Assembly: GCA_964419105.1 (NCBI GenBank)
Contig: CAYQOJ010000004.1
Location: 10,993-55,080, forward strand
Source: an uncultured Methylococcus sp.
Lineage (GTDB): Bacteria; Pseudomonadota; Gammaproteobacteria; Methylococcales; Methylococcaceae
Reading direction: 5' to 3'
Length of the DNA stretch: 44,088 nucleotides
Shown here: positions 15,667-22,885 of the stretch, one piece after another
How positions within the stretch are numbered: the stretch's first letter is position 1
Layout of the letters: every line of letters starts with the position of its first letter
The notes under the pieces: generated by a model
What the model was told of the DNA's origin: nothing
Database searches by the model: none
What the model saw: the letters and a program-made list of their open reading frames with translations, nothing else
Translations under genes and position numbers: made by a program

Positions 15667-15846
15667 CGATAAATTGCGATACACGTGCTGGGCATCACAC
15701 TAAACTGCCCAAACATTTTTTCTAAAACACGGCGTGTCGAGTTGACAAAATGCGATCTTGGGGGCCGAGTTGTGTTTATGTAATCTTATATAGATCAAAT
15801 ACTCATTACGAAGTGATTACGAATTTCCCAAATTTTTCCCAGATTC

Positions 15847-15875
15847 TTGACTTTGTCAGACCCTATCTGTATACT
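15847..15875 (+). promoter_or_regulatory. Early promoter (family member)
   Basis: TTGACT (15847-15852), spacer TTGTCAGACCCTATCTG, TATACT (15870-15875). Confidence 0.65.
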
Positions 15876-15901
15876 TAGATACAAGTAGGAAGGAACCCCA
15901 A

Positions 15902-16102
15902 ATGGATGGCAAGGCTACAGTTACTATTGTTCTTGAGTATGATTTAGATAATCTTGCAGATACCCTCGCAATTGAAGAGACTCTAAGCGATGAAGAAATC
16001 TATGACATGATTGAAGATTATACCTATGAGGACTTGATAGATTTGATGCGTGGTGATAGACTTAGGTATTGGTCAGAAGTAGTAATAGAAAGGAAGAAAT
16101 AA
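15902..16102 (+). CDS. Small very acidic protein
   Basis: 66 aa, rich in Asp/Glu, with a GTAGGAAGGAAC RBS. Confidence 0.6.
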   Translation: MDGKATVTIVLEYDLDNLADTLAIEETLSDEEIYDMIEDYTYEDLIDLMRGDRLRYWSEVVIERKK

Positions 16103-16263
16103 TGGCAACATACAATGTGAAGGTAGTTGTAGAATACGAGTATGAGGTTGAGGCTGACTCACAAGAGGAAGCAGAAAAAGAAGGCTGGAACTACGAAGAC
16201 TATTCCTACACTGGACAAGTCTATGAAATTGAAGTTGAAGAACTAGAAAGTGATGAAGACTAA
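16102..16263 (+). CDS. Small very acidic protein
   Basis: MATYNVKVVVEYEYEVEADSQEEAEKEGWNYEDY..ELESDED. The ATG overlaps the previous TAA. Confidence 0.55.
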   Translation: MATYNVKVVVEYEYEVEADSQEEAEKEGWNYEDYSYTGQVYEIEVEELESDED

Positions 16264-16472
16264 TGGAAACCCTATTACCTGTTATGCGCTCTAAACTTGC
16301 TGAGTTTGAGTCTGATATCGAAGAACTGTCTGTAGAAATGGAATTGCTTGATATAAATTCTAAAGACTATGCTGAACTAGAGTATGAGTATCAGTATCTG
16401 TCTGCTCAGGCTACTATCACTAGATATTACTTGTCAGTGGCTGATGGTACTATTGATGCAAAGAAAGGATAA
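16263..16472 (+). CDS. Small acidic protein
   Basis: 69-aa ORF with a TAATG overlap. Confidence 0.55.
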   Translation: METLLPVMRSKLAEFESDIEELSVEMELLDINSKDYAELEYEYQYLSAQATITRYYLSVADGTIDAKKG

Positions 16473-16474
16473 GT

Positions 16475-16666
16475 ATGTCTATATATATTGCTAATGCCAA
16501 TGGAGATTGGTGGGAGATTGAGAACTCTATCAGTCCCGTCTGGATTTTGAATACTAATACACTTAGTGATGAACTGCAGGAGCAGGTCTATGATGAACTA
16601 GGTGCAGATAAGTTTGAGGACTTTATCAAGGAGCATGGCAAGCAGGTGCTGCTAAATGTCAAATAA
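16475..16666 (+). CDS. Small acidic protein
   Basis: 63-aa ORF starting 2 nt after the previous stop. Confidence 0.55.
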   Translation: MSIYIANANGDWWEIENSISPVWILNTNTLSDELQEQVYDELGADKFEDFIKEHGKQVLLNVK

Positions 16667-16886
16667 GATATTCGTAGATAAGAAGCCGTCTGTGTCGTCA
16701 ACAACATGGACCAGGATTTTTCATAACTCTGGAGTAGAGGTATATGAGGCTGATAAGTACGAGGATTATTATAAGGTGGTGAGCAAGTCAGATCGCCCTA
16801 AGTATTTCTTTGGGGAGACTGCTTGGATGGACACGCAGAGATATGCTGTTGACAAGTCAGACTTTTCTGCGTATAATATATTTTAG
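16656..16886 (+). CDS. Hypothetical protein
   Basis: 76-aa ORF overlapping the previous gene by 11 nt. Confidence 0.55.
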   Translation: MSNKIFVDKKPSVSSTTWTRIFHNSGVEVYEADKYEDYYKVVSKSDRPKYFFGETAWMDTQRYAVDKSDFSAYNIF

Positions 16887-16913
16887 AAAGTAACCCTAAA
16901 GAAAGAGGATAAA

Positions 16914-17456
16914 ATGCATACACTGCAACACATTGCTGTCACTGCAGATAGCAAGGAAGAGGCCTTTGATAAGGTCAAGTCATCATTCGAAGCCATGTAT
17001 TCTGAGACTGAGGGTCTTGGTGGCTGGAGCGACTGGTACGTAGTTGGTGGGGGACGTTGGAATAGCAACCCTGACAACCAGTATAACGATAACCAAGCAT
17101 GGAATGACGTTATCTATTTTGGAGATGACGAATCTAAATTCTACGACATCATCAAGAGCGCTATGAAGTGTCGTGCAGACGAAGTCAAATCAATGTATGA
17201 GCGTGTTGACCTAGCCAAATTTGAGCAATATGCTAAATCATTTATGGAATCATCAGGAGAAGTAACAGACCAAGAACGGTTTGACATGAACTTCTACTAC
17301 ATCACGTCTATCTCTAATATCATTAGGGGTCATTGGAACCAAGATAGTTTCTTTTATGATTTGGAGCATTACTCTACCTACCCTGCCTATGTTGTCGAAG
17401 AGATTGACAAGGGCAACAAAAACTGGTATCTTGTACCTGTAGACTTTCACTACTAG
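16914..17456 (+). CDS. Hypothetical protein
   Basis: 180-aa ORF with an AAAGAAAGAGGATAAA RBS. Confidence 0.65.
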   Translation: MHTLQHIAVTADSKEEAFDKVKSSFEAMYSETEGLGGWSDWYVVGGGRWNSNPDNQYNDNQAWNDVIYFGDDESKFYDIIKSAMKCRADEVKSMYERVDLAKFEQYAKSFMESSGEVTDQERFDMNFYYITSISNIIRGHWNQDSFFYDLEHYSTYPAYVVEEIDKGNKNWYLVPVDFHY

Positions 17457-17465
17457 GAGGCAATT

Positions 17466-17660
17466 GTGGAAACCCAACACGAACTAGTCAAACTAATTGA
17501 ACAAGCATGGGCTGAGTACGAAGAGATTCATGCTGAGGAGAAAGAGGGTGGCTACAGCGATGCTATGCTCTCTATGGAACGCACACATGCTGAGGGATAT
17601 GCAGAAGGCCTTGCATCTGCCTATTCTATGATTTATGGTAAGGAGTACGACAATGAGTAG
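17466..17660 (+). CDS. Small acidic protein
   Basis: GTG start preceded by a TAGGAGG RBS. Confidence 0.5.
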   Translation: METQHELVKLIEQAWAEYEEIHAEEKEGGYSDAMLSMERTHAEGYAEGLASAYSMIYGKEYDNE

Positions 17661-18078
17661 TTTCTACACACAGGGTGCATGGGTAGAAACATTCAAGCCC
17701 ATTATCAATCCTAACAATGATTGGGGAAGCGATGCTACCTATTCAGCATTTGAGACCTATGGTGAAGACTATGAGGTTGTGAAGAATGCTAATCCTAATA
17801 ACATTTGGACTGAGGTAGACGGTGATGAGGGTACCTACATTATTGCAGGCTGGCATTTTGTAAACCGTATTCAATACTTCATTACTGAGGTCCCGTGGAC
17901 TGATGAGTGGACTGAAGTGCCTACTTGGTCATACCGCCAATGTGACTGCACGGAAGAGACTGGAGACTACGACCCTGAGTGTATTGAGCAATGCAACGAG
18001 GGTAGTCATGACATTCCAGTTGACACAGTAGCAGACCTCAAGGTATTATATGGAGATGAAGCAAATGTTATCGCCTAG
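17653..18078 (+). CDS. Hypothetical protein
   Basis: The start at MSSFYTQGAW follows a TAAGGAG RBS. Confidence 0.6.
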   Translation: MSSFYTQGAWVETFKPIINPNNDWGSDATYSAFETYGEDYEVVKNANPNNIWTEVDGDEGTYIIAGWHFVNRIQYFITEVPWTDEWTEVPTWSYRQCDCTEETGDYDPECIEQCNEGSHDIPVDTVADLKVLYGDEANVIA

Positions 18079-18232
18079 TCCATATACGATTGATGAGTTG
18101 GTTACTACTATCTATGAAGACAATCTAAATCATTTTGAATTCATGGAGAATATGGGTGGTGGGGATTGTGATTGCAATCTACACATCACTATGAATACTA
18201 TTGGAGATGTAATGGGTTGGAAGGTTGACTAA
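18050..18232 (+). CDS. Small acidic protein
   Basis: 60-aa ORF. The start is uncertain; alternative ATGs lie at 18056 and 18065. Confidence 0.45.
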   Translation: MEMKQMLSPSPYTIDELVTTIYEDNLNHFEFMENMGGGDCDCNLHITMNTIGDVMGWKVD

Positions 18233-18315
18233 TGGAATTTATAGTTGGAATTGTTATTGTGCTTTGGGTATTGGGTGCCTTGACGGGTACATGGACGAAT
18301 GAGAGCAAGAGGTGA
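18232..18315 (+). CDS. Possible 27-aa single-TM peptide
   Basis: MEFIVGIVIVLWVLGALTGTWTNESKR. Start and stop overlap the neighbouring genes. Confidence 0.3.
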   Translation: MEFIVGIVIVLWVLGALTGTWTNESKR

Positions 18316-18680
18316 TGATAGCACTACGTAACAAGAATGCAGGCAAGACTGCTATTGATTGGGACCTAAACATTTTTATACCTGAGTCATACAATGAGGA
18401 AACGGAGGAATACTATTTCGATCCGTCCGCTTGGGTGATTCATGTATACCGCTTTATGGGTAACACACACATAGAGCATGACAAACCGCTAGCACTAACT
18501 GCGGGGGAAATTCAGAGTCTTATGCTAAATGGCGATGAATACTTCAAGGATGAGACAGATGTGTGGTATGGCCTTGTTGGATTCAGAGAGAAGTATTGGC
18601 ACAAGATGTCTGACCGTCTAAAACTATACTTTGATTCATTACCAAAGTATGAGGAAGACCTACAACTAAATAACAATTGA
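18315..18680 (+). CDS. Hypothetical protein
   Basis: About 121 aa. The ATG at 18315 sits in a TGATG overlap; a GTG at 18312 is also possible. Confidence 0.6.
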   Translation: MIALRNKNAGKTAIDWDLNIFIPESYNEETEEYYFDPSAWVIHVYRFMGNTHIEHDKPLALTAGEIQSLMLNGDEYFKDETDVWYGLVGFREKYWHKMSDRLKLYFDSLPKYEEDLQLNNN

Positions 18681-18714
18681 ATAATCAATCATTTATAACC
18701 TATAGGAGGCCATA

Positions 18715-18927
18715 ATGGCAAAGAAGACAGCACCAAAGCGTACAAGCAAGCCACTAAGCAAGAAGGCATCTGCAGCACGCAAGAAGACACCAATCGTTCC
18801 ATACCTTGAGTCATGGGACACTCGCTATGGCAAGTCAGAGCGTATCGTACTTCGACAGGGAGGCAAGTTTGTTGACAACACTTCCCTATCGTCACTAAAG
18901 CGTGGAGCAAGGGTTACTTCACGCTAA
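18715..18927 (+). CDS. Small basic (Lys-rich N-terminus) protein
   Basis: A TAGGAGG RBS precedes MAKKTAPKRTSKPLSKKASAARKKTP... Confidence 0.6.
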   Translation: MAKKTAPKRTSKPLSKKASAARKKTPIVPYLESWDTRYGKSERIVLRQGGKFVDNTSLSSLKRGARVTSR

Positions 18928-18939
18928 ATAAACAGAGAT

Positions 18940-18979
18940 GGGGCGCAGGGTCTTTATCCTACTTTCTACCTTGCGCCCC
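18940..18979 (+). terminator. GC-rich stem-loop
   Basis: GGGGCGCAGGG (18940-18950) pairs with CCTTGCGCCCC (18969-18979) with one mismatch. It begins 13 nt after the stop at 18927. Confidence 0.55.
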
Positions 18980-19005
18980 TCTCACTTATCTGATAAACTA
19001 GGAGT

Positions 19006-19206
19006 ATGGGACTAATGAGACGACATAGAATAACAGAAGAAGAGCGTGTGGCTAAGAAGTTTAGCGACCTGCTTTCAGACTTACGGCTAGACCTTGACAA
19101 GGTTGGAATGTATTTCGCACGCATTGTTCCAACAGTTACCTACAACCGCCTAATTATTATGGCTGAAGCAGCAGAAGCAGAAAAGGAGAATGACGGTGCC
19201 TTCTAA
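19006..19206 (+). CDS. Hypothetical small protein
   Basis: 66-aa ORF with a CTAGGAGT RBS. An alternative start lies at 19015. Confidence 0.5.
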   Translation: MGLMRRHRITEEERVAKKFSDLLSDLRLDLDKVGMYFARIVPTVTYNRLIIMAEAAEAEKENDGAF

Positions 19207-19468
19207 CGAGACAGCATACGCAAACAAATGTTCCATACTAGCAAAACTTTGGATAGACTTTCGTGAGGACGAAGAGTTCATCGACTTCATCGAATACAAT
19301 GATTTGGGACTGCCACTAGCATTCGCAATTGCGGAGGGTATTGTAAGTGACACCCCTCTATCTAATGCTATGATTACAGAGACATGGGATTTGTTCATGG
19401 CAGGCCTAGAGATTACAGATTCAGGATTTGACACATTGGAAGACGTACTAGGATTTAGGGGAGAGTAA
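19190..19468 (+). CDS. Hypothetical acidic protein
   Basis: 92-aa ORF with a 17-nt overlap and an AAAAGGAGAATG context. Confidence 0.55.
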   Translation: MTVPSNETAYANKCSILAKLWIDFREDEEFIDFIEYNDLGLPLAFAIAEGIVSDTPLSNAMITETWDLFMAGLEITDSGFDTLEDVLGFRGE

Positions 19469-19623
19469 TGAAAGTCTATGAAGTAGAGATCATCCATGAG
19501 CCAACAGGTAAGTACATGAATTTTTCATATGCATCTGATTCAGAAGAGAACCTAGTCTATCAAGAGATCCTGGCTGATCTTTCAATTTCAGTGTTTGATA
19601 CTGGAGAGACTGAAGACGAATAA
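19468..19623 (+). CDS. 51-aa acidic peptide
   Basis: TAATG overlap, then MKVYEVEIIHEPTGKYMNFSYASDSEENLV... An imperfect hairpin follows (CACATCC...GGATGTG, about 19628-19668). Confidence 0.45.
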   Translation: MKVYEVEIIHEPTGKYMNFSYASDSEENLVYQEILADLSISVFDTGETEDE

Positions 19624-19958
19624 GATAAGCACACATCCCTGATTTGACAATTGGGGATGGATGTGCCCGATGGTCCAAACATTGTATCAAACATCATTAC
19701 GAAAGTCAAGTATTTTTCCCAGAATTTTTGATCAAACACCAAATCCGAGTATCCAAATTTTGATCCAAATTGTATTACGAAGGACTATAAAAAATCGCTG
19801 AAAGTTTTTATCAAATTGGCATTACGAAGGATATCCAAATTTGCAGATTGTACAACATATCTGCCATATTGTCAAGTCCCAAAATGGGGATATGACATAT
19901 TTGGCAGGGTATAGTAAGGTAACCCTTATTGATTCATATATAGTGATATCATAGATAT

Positions 19959-20210
19959 ATGAGTCCAAGACATTTCTATAGATCACAGTATCCAAAACAA
20001 GCAGCATTAGATGATATAGGACTACATAATGCATTTGTAGCATTTACTCATATGATAGGTTTGAAGAGATTCTTTTCTTATATACCGTTGGAAGTTGCAG
20101 ATCAGATGTATCCTAATTTGTTCCCGCTGGCAATCACAGATAATCCTGTTAAGGATCCCGCAGGGGAAATGCCAGGGGATCAAATCATTCCTGATACCAA
20201 ATCCCTATAG
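19959..20210 (+). CDS. Doubtful ORF inside the iteron region
   Basis: 83-aa ORF with no recognisable RBS or promoter. It may be non-coding. Confidence 0.25.
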   Translation: MSPRHFYRSQYPKQAALDDIGLHNAFVAFTHMIGLKRFFSYIPLEVADQMYPNLFPLAITDNPVKDPAGEMPGDQIIPDTKSL

Positions 20211-20566
20211 TATAAATACCCATTACGAACCCTTACTTAAGTTTCCCAGATTATCCTTAAGTAACGAATAATATTACTTAAGTTTGTCCAAATTTGCATA
20301 TCAAATTGTTAAATTTTTATAGCATTATTGGACAAAATTTCCTATAAAAATACTTGACAAATCAGGATATTTGTGCTATGCGGATATGCCCAATTTGGAT
20401 ATTTGGATATGAGGATTTGGGATTTGACAATTTGGATAATTTGTGGTAGGGGGGGCTGCTCCCAAAAAATGATTACGAAGCCTGTTAATCATGCGCTCCA
20501 TCATCCACTATCCTCCACTTCACTCCACTTTAACTTTATTTAGATTATCAAACAGTAATATCTTTC

Positions 20567-20587
20567 TGTGGATAAACCTGTGGATAA
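20567..20587 (+). promoter_or_regulatory. Tandem DnaA-box-like pair
   Basis: TGTGGATAA at 20567-20575 and 20579-20587, directly abutting three TATCCAA(A/C) iterons. Confidence 0.65.
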
Positions 20588-20682
20588 CTATCCAAATCAG
20601 GCATATCCAACTATCCAAATTTGGTATTTTGGCAGGGTATGTCATTTGACAACCTATTCCCCTATAGGCTATACTTGAGACT

Positions 20683-20940
20683 ATGCAGACTATCCCAGAA
20701 CATCGGACAAACAACCTATTCTTGAGATTCATAGCAAATCAGATATGTTCTCCTATAGGGCATTACTTTCTTACTAAGGTGTTTCGTATTTACTTTAAGT
20801 ATGAGAAGTCTTATGAGGAGATTGATTCCTTTGTCCCCCCACGTTTTGACCATATCCGTATGCGTCTGTATATGAAGATCTATGACATTACAAACATCCC
20901 ATATGACAAATGGGGAACCTTCTACAGATTGGAATTATAG
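20683..20940 (+). CDS. Hypothetical protein
   Basis: 85-aa ORF following a TTGACA-like element at 20645-20650. Confidence 0.45.
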   Translation: MQTIPEHRTNNLFLRFIANQICSPIGHYFLTKVFRIYFKYEKSYEEIDSFVPPRFDHIRMRLYMKIYDITNIPYDKWGTFYRLEL

Positions 20941-21173
20941 TGGAATACTGGTCCTATATCCTAGCAGCAGTTGGCATTACAGGCATATTCTTTGTAGGCA
21001 AAAAGACAGCATGGGGTTGGCTCATCCTATTTGTCAATGAGTGCCTGTGGATAACTTATGCTCTCTTGACCAAGCAGTATGGCTTCTTGATTATGGCTAT
21101 CGCCTATATGATTGTATATCTCAAGAGTTACTTTTCTTGGACTTCCGAATCAAAGAATTCACCAAACGGATAA
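20940..21173 (+). CDS. Small multi-pass membrane protein
   Basis: GTG overlaps the previous TAG. VEYWSYILAAVGITGIFFVGKKTAWGWLILFVNECLWITYALL... has 3 predicted TM helices. It contains a single TGTGGATAA at 21046-21054. Confidence 0.5.
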   Translation: MEYWSYILAAVGITGIFFVGKKTAWGWLILFVNECLWITYALLTKQYGFLIMAIAYMIVYLKSYFSWTSESKNSPNG

Positions 21174-21453
21174 TCTGCTTCTTAGATACCTTTGAGGCAT
21201 CAAATGTCTCAGTGTAGCCTGATTGGGGCATATCCTCTTTATTGAGGTAATAGCCATGTTTCTTTCTTAGTGTTTCTAATACTAGGGATTCTATGTGTCT
21301 TGCCTTATCCCGTTCGAAAAAGTGCCAATACGCTACCAATACCCATCCTTTGTATTTGTGGCTTTTGTACCTTTTACCCGTTATGTCTGATATCCCTATC
21401 TTAATTGCATGAAACTCTTTATTGTATAACACGTAAAGAATTGCTTCATTCAT
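21121..21453 (-). CDS. GIY-YIG superfamily / T5orf172-like domain protein
   Basis: The pattern AILYVLYN..HAIKIGIS..GKRYKSHKYKGW...ARHIESLVLETL...GYTETF resembles T5orf172/MUG113-type domains. TATAAT (revcomp, 21460-21465) lies 6 nt upstream of the ATG. Confidence 0.55.
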   Translation of the reverse strand: MNEAILYVLYNKEFHAIKIGISDITGKRYKSHKYKGWVLVAYWHFFERDKARHIESLVLETLRKKHGYYLNKEDMPQSGYTETFDASKVSKKQIIRLVNSLIRKSKKSNS

Positions 21454-21485
21454 AGTACAATTATAGACTATGCTATACTAGGAGT

Positions 21486-21608
21486 ATGGAGAAGTGTGCA
21501 TATTGTGATAAGCCAGCAGGCTATTGGGATATTAAAGAAGTCGAGACTGATGTCTTCGACTATGTGGATGTATGTATGTGCCACCTAAATCTAGAAGCAT
21601 CTTCGTAA
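21486..21608 (+). CDS. 40-aa Cys-rich peptide
   Basis: A TAGGAGT RBS precedes MEKCAYCDKPAGYWDIKEVETDVFDYVDVCMCHLNLEASS. Confidence 0.4.
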   Translation: MEKCAYCDKPAGYWDIKEVETDVFDYVDVCMCHLNLEASS

Positions 21609-21609
21609 A

Positions 21610-21723
21610 ATGAAATCGTTATCAAAACTAAAAGGCCAAGGATGGGCAGTTATCTTTGTTGGGTCTGTTGTTATTTATGCTACCTTGGCTATCTTGTTTA
21701 TACTTAATTTGGTAGCAAACTAG
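21610..21723 (+). CDS. 37-aa single-TM peptide
   Basis: MKSLSKLKGQGWAVIFVGSVVIYATLAILFILNLVAN, starting 1 nt after the previous stop. Confidence 0.4.
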   Translation: MKSLSKLKGQGWAVIFVGSVVIYATLAILFILNLVAN

Positions 21724-21791
21724 AATATTCTCAATCATAGGTCCCAGGATGGGACTATGGGATTGTAATTACTTCTTATCAGCGCCGAACT

Positions 21792-22052
21792 TTAAACCTT
21801 ATATGGCTCTATCTGCTTATCAAGGTCTGGGTGATCTTGCCGAATTTGCTCTATTGCGCTTTGTGGTATGTAGTCGCCTGCAGCGATATGCTCATCTATA
21901 TGGGCAAGAATCTCCCTTGCTGTATTGGCACGATAGAATGAAAGAACTTCTCCTTCCTCTGGCTCAGTTATAAAACAAGCACAGCACTCAATAAAGCCAC
22001 GAACGTGCTCATAGATATATGCGTCAGCATTATAAAATCTACAATAACTCAT
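21792..22052 (-). CDS. Hypothetical protein
   Basis: 86-aa ORF. TATACT (revcomp, 22059-22064) lies 6 nt upstream of the ATG. Confidence 0.6.
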   Translation of the reverse strand: MSYCRFYNADAYIYEHVRGFIECCACFITEPEEGEVLSFYRANTAREILAHIDEHIAAGDYIPQSAIEQIRQDHPDLDKQIEPYKV

Positions 22053-22076
22053 ATAAAAAGTATAGTCTAAACTGGA

Positions 22077-22274
22077 CTATTTGTCAAGACTATTACGATG
22101 GGACTCAAAAATTCCCAGAATTTCTTTTACATACTTATCATAGTCTATCTCAATAATTAAATTGTCATTATCCAGCCTGTGAACTCTGATCTCCTGGCCT
22201 ATCTTAAATAGGATATTCCTTAATTCATCTTCCATGTACCCATTATACTTGACAAAAGAGTGCTTTAGTGTCAT
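22077..22274 (-). CDS. Hypothetical protein (start uncertain)
   Basis: The internal Met (MTLKHSFVKYNGYMEDELRN...) was chosen to avoid overlap with the divergent ORF at 22284. Confidence 0.4.
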   Translation of the reverse strand: MTLKHSFVKYNGYMEDELRNILFKIGQEIRVHRLDNDNLIIEIDYDKYVKEILGIFESHRNSLDK

Positions 22275-22283
22275 AATATATGC

Positions 22284-22499
22284 ATGAAATATATTACGGA
22301 GAACTCTATGTACCTTGTAGATGGTAACAGGTGTAAACGTGTACCCATGTATAAGGATAATCCTTTGCAGTATGATGGTGAGTGGTTTGACTTCCATACC
22401 CTGCTTTTTGACGGAATTGGCGAGCCACTAAGAATCCTACTTAATGGTGGCAAGACATTGAGGACTACAAGTCCAGTATTGGAGGTAAAAAATGGATAA
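22284..22499 (+). CDS. Hypothetical protein (start uncertain; alternative at 22308)
   Basis: 71-aa ORF. Confidence 0.45.
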   Translation: MKYITENSMYLVDGNRCKRVPMYKDNPLQYDGEWFDFHTLLFDGIGEPLRILLNGGKTLRTTSPVLEVKNG

Positions 22500-22665
22500 G
22501 ATGATGGCTGTCGATAAATTTCTTGAGTGGCATAACAATGCCATGCGTGAATATATTAAGAGTCAATGGCCTATAACAGATACTGGACACATTTTAGACT
22601 TTGCAGTGGCTGCAGCATCATTCTCTGAGTCGTTTTATCTAATTGTGGAGCATATGCCAGATTAG
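22492..22665 (+). CDS. 57-aa hypothetical protein
   Basis: Manual ORF MDKMMAVDKFLEWHNNAMREYIKSQWPITD..., overlapping the previous stop by 8 nt. Confidence 0.45.
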   Translation: MDKMMAVDKFLEWHNNAMREYIKSQWPITDTGHILDFAVAAASFSESFYLIVEHMPD

Positions 22666-22853
22666 TCTGGGTAGGAATACAGGCATGAGTTACAGAAGTG
22701 TGTTGGCAAGTCCCCTGGCATATAGTGCTTATTGTAATGACCAGATAGCCTGATTATGCCCTCTTTTTGCATATCAAGTAGTGTTGGGGTAGGGTATTCG
22801 TATACTATTGGTACTAACTTTGCTGTGCATATTGGGCAGTTTAAGTCTATCAC
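22662..22853 (-). CDS. Zinc-ribbon small protein
   Basis: It carries CPIC...CNSC. Confidence 0.55.
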   Translation of the reverse strand: MIDLNCPICTAKLVPIVYEYPTPTLLDMQKEGIIRLSGHYNKHYMPGDLPTHFCNSCLYSYPD

Positions 22854-22885
22854 TATACAATTATAGCATCTGATATAATTTTAAA

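Larger units (their letters stand above)
19750..20620. repeat. Iteron field: 12 or more copies of (T/G)ATCCAAAT in both orientations
   Basis: Forward copies at 19750, 19762, 19832, 19989 (TATCCAAAA), 20285 (TGTCCAAAT), 20589, 20604 (TATCCAAC) and 20612. Reverse ATTTGGATA copies at 20393, 20401 and 20430, plus ATTTGGGAT at 20415. ATTACGAA, TTTCCCAGA, TTACTTAAGT and TTTGGCAGGGTAT also recur here. Confidence 0.8.

Noticed and set aside
8930-15880. Possibility that the reiterated TGTCAGMCCC/ACGGCGTGTCG motifs form a CRISPR array or a MITE family
   Set aside because: Spacing between copies is irregular, from about 100 nt to over 1 kb, and filled by genes. Each copy sits at a fixed distance from -35/-10 hexamers and an RBS plus ATG. 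There are no repeat-spacer periodicity, terminal inverted repeats or target-site duplications.
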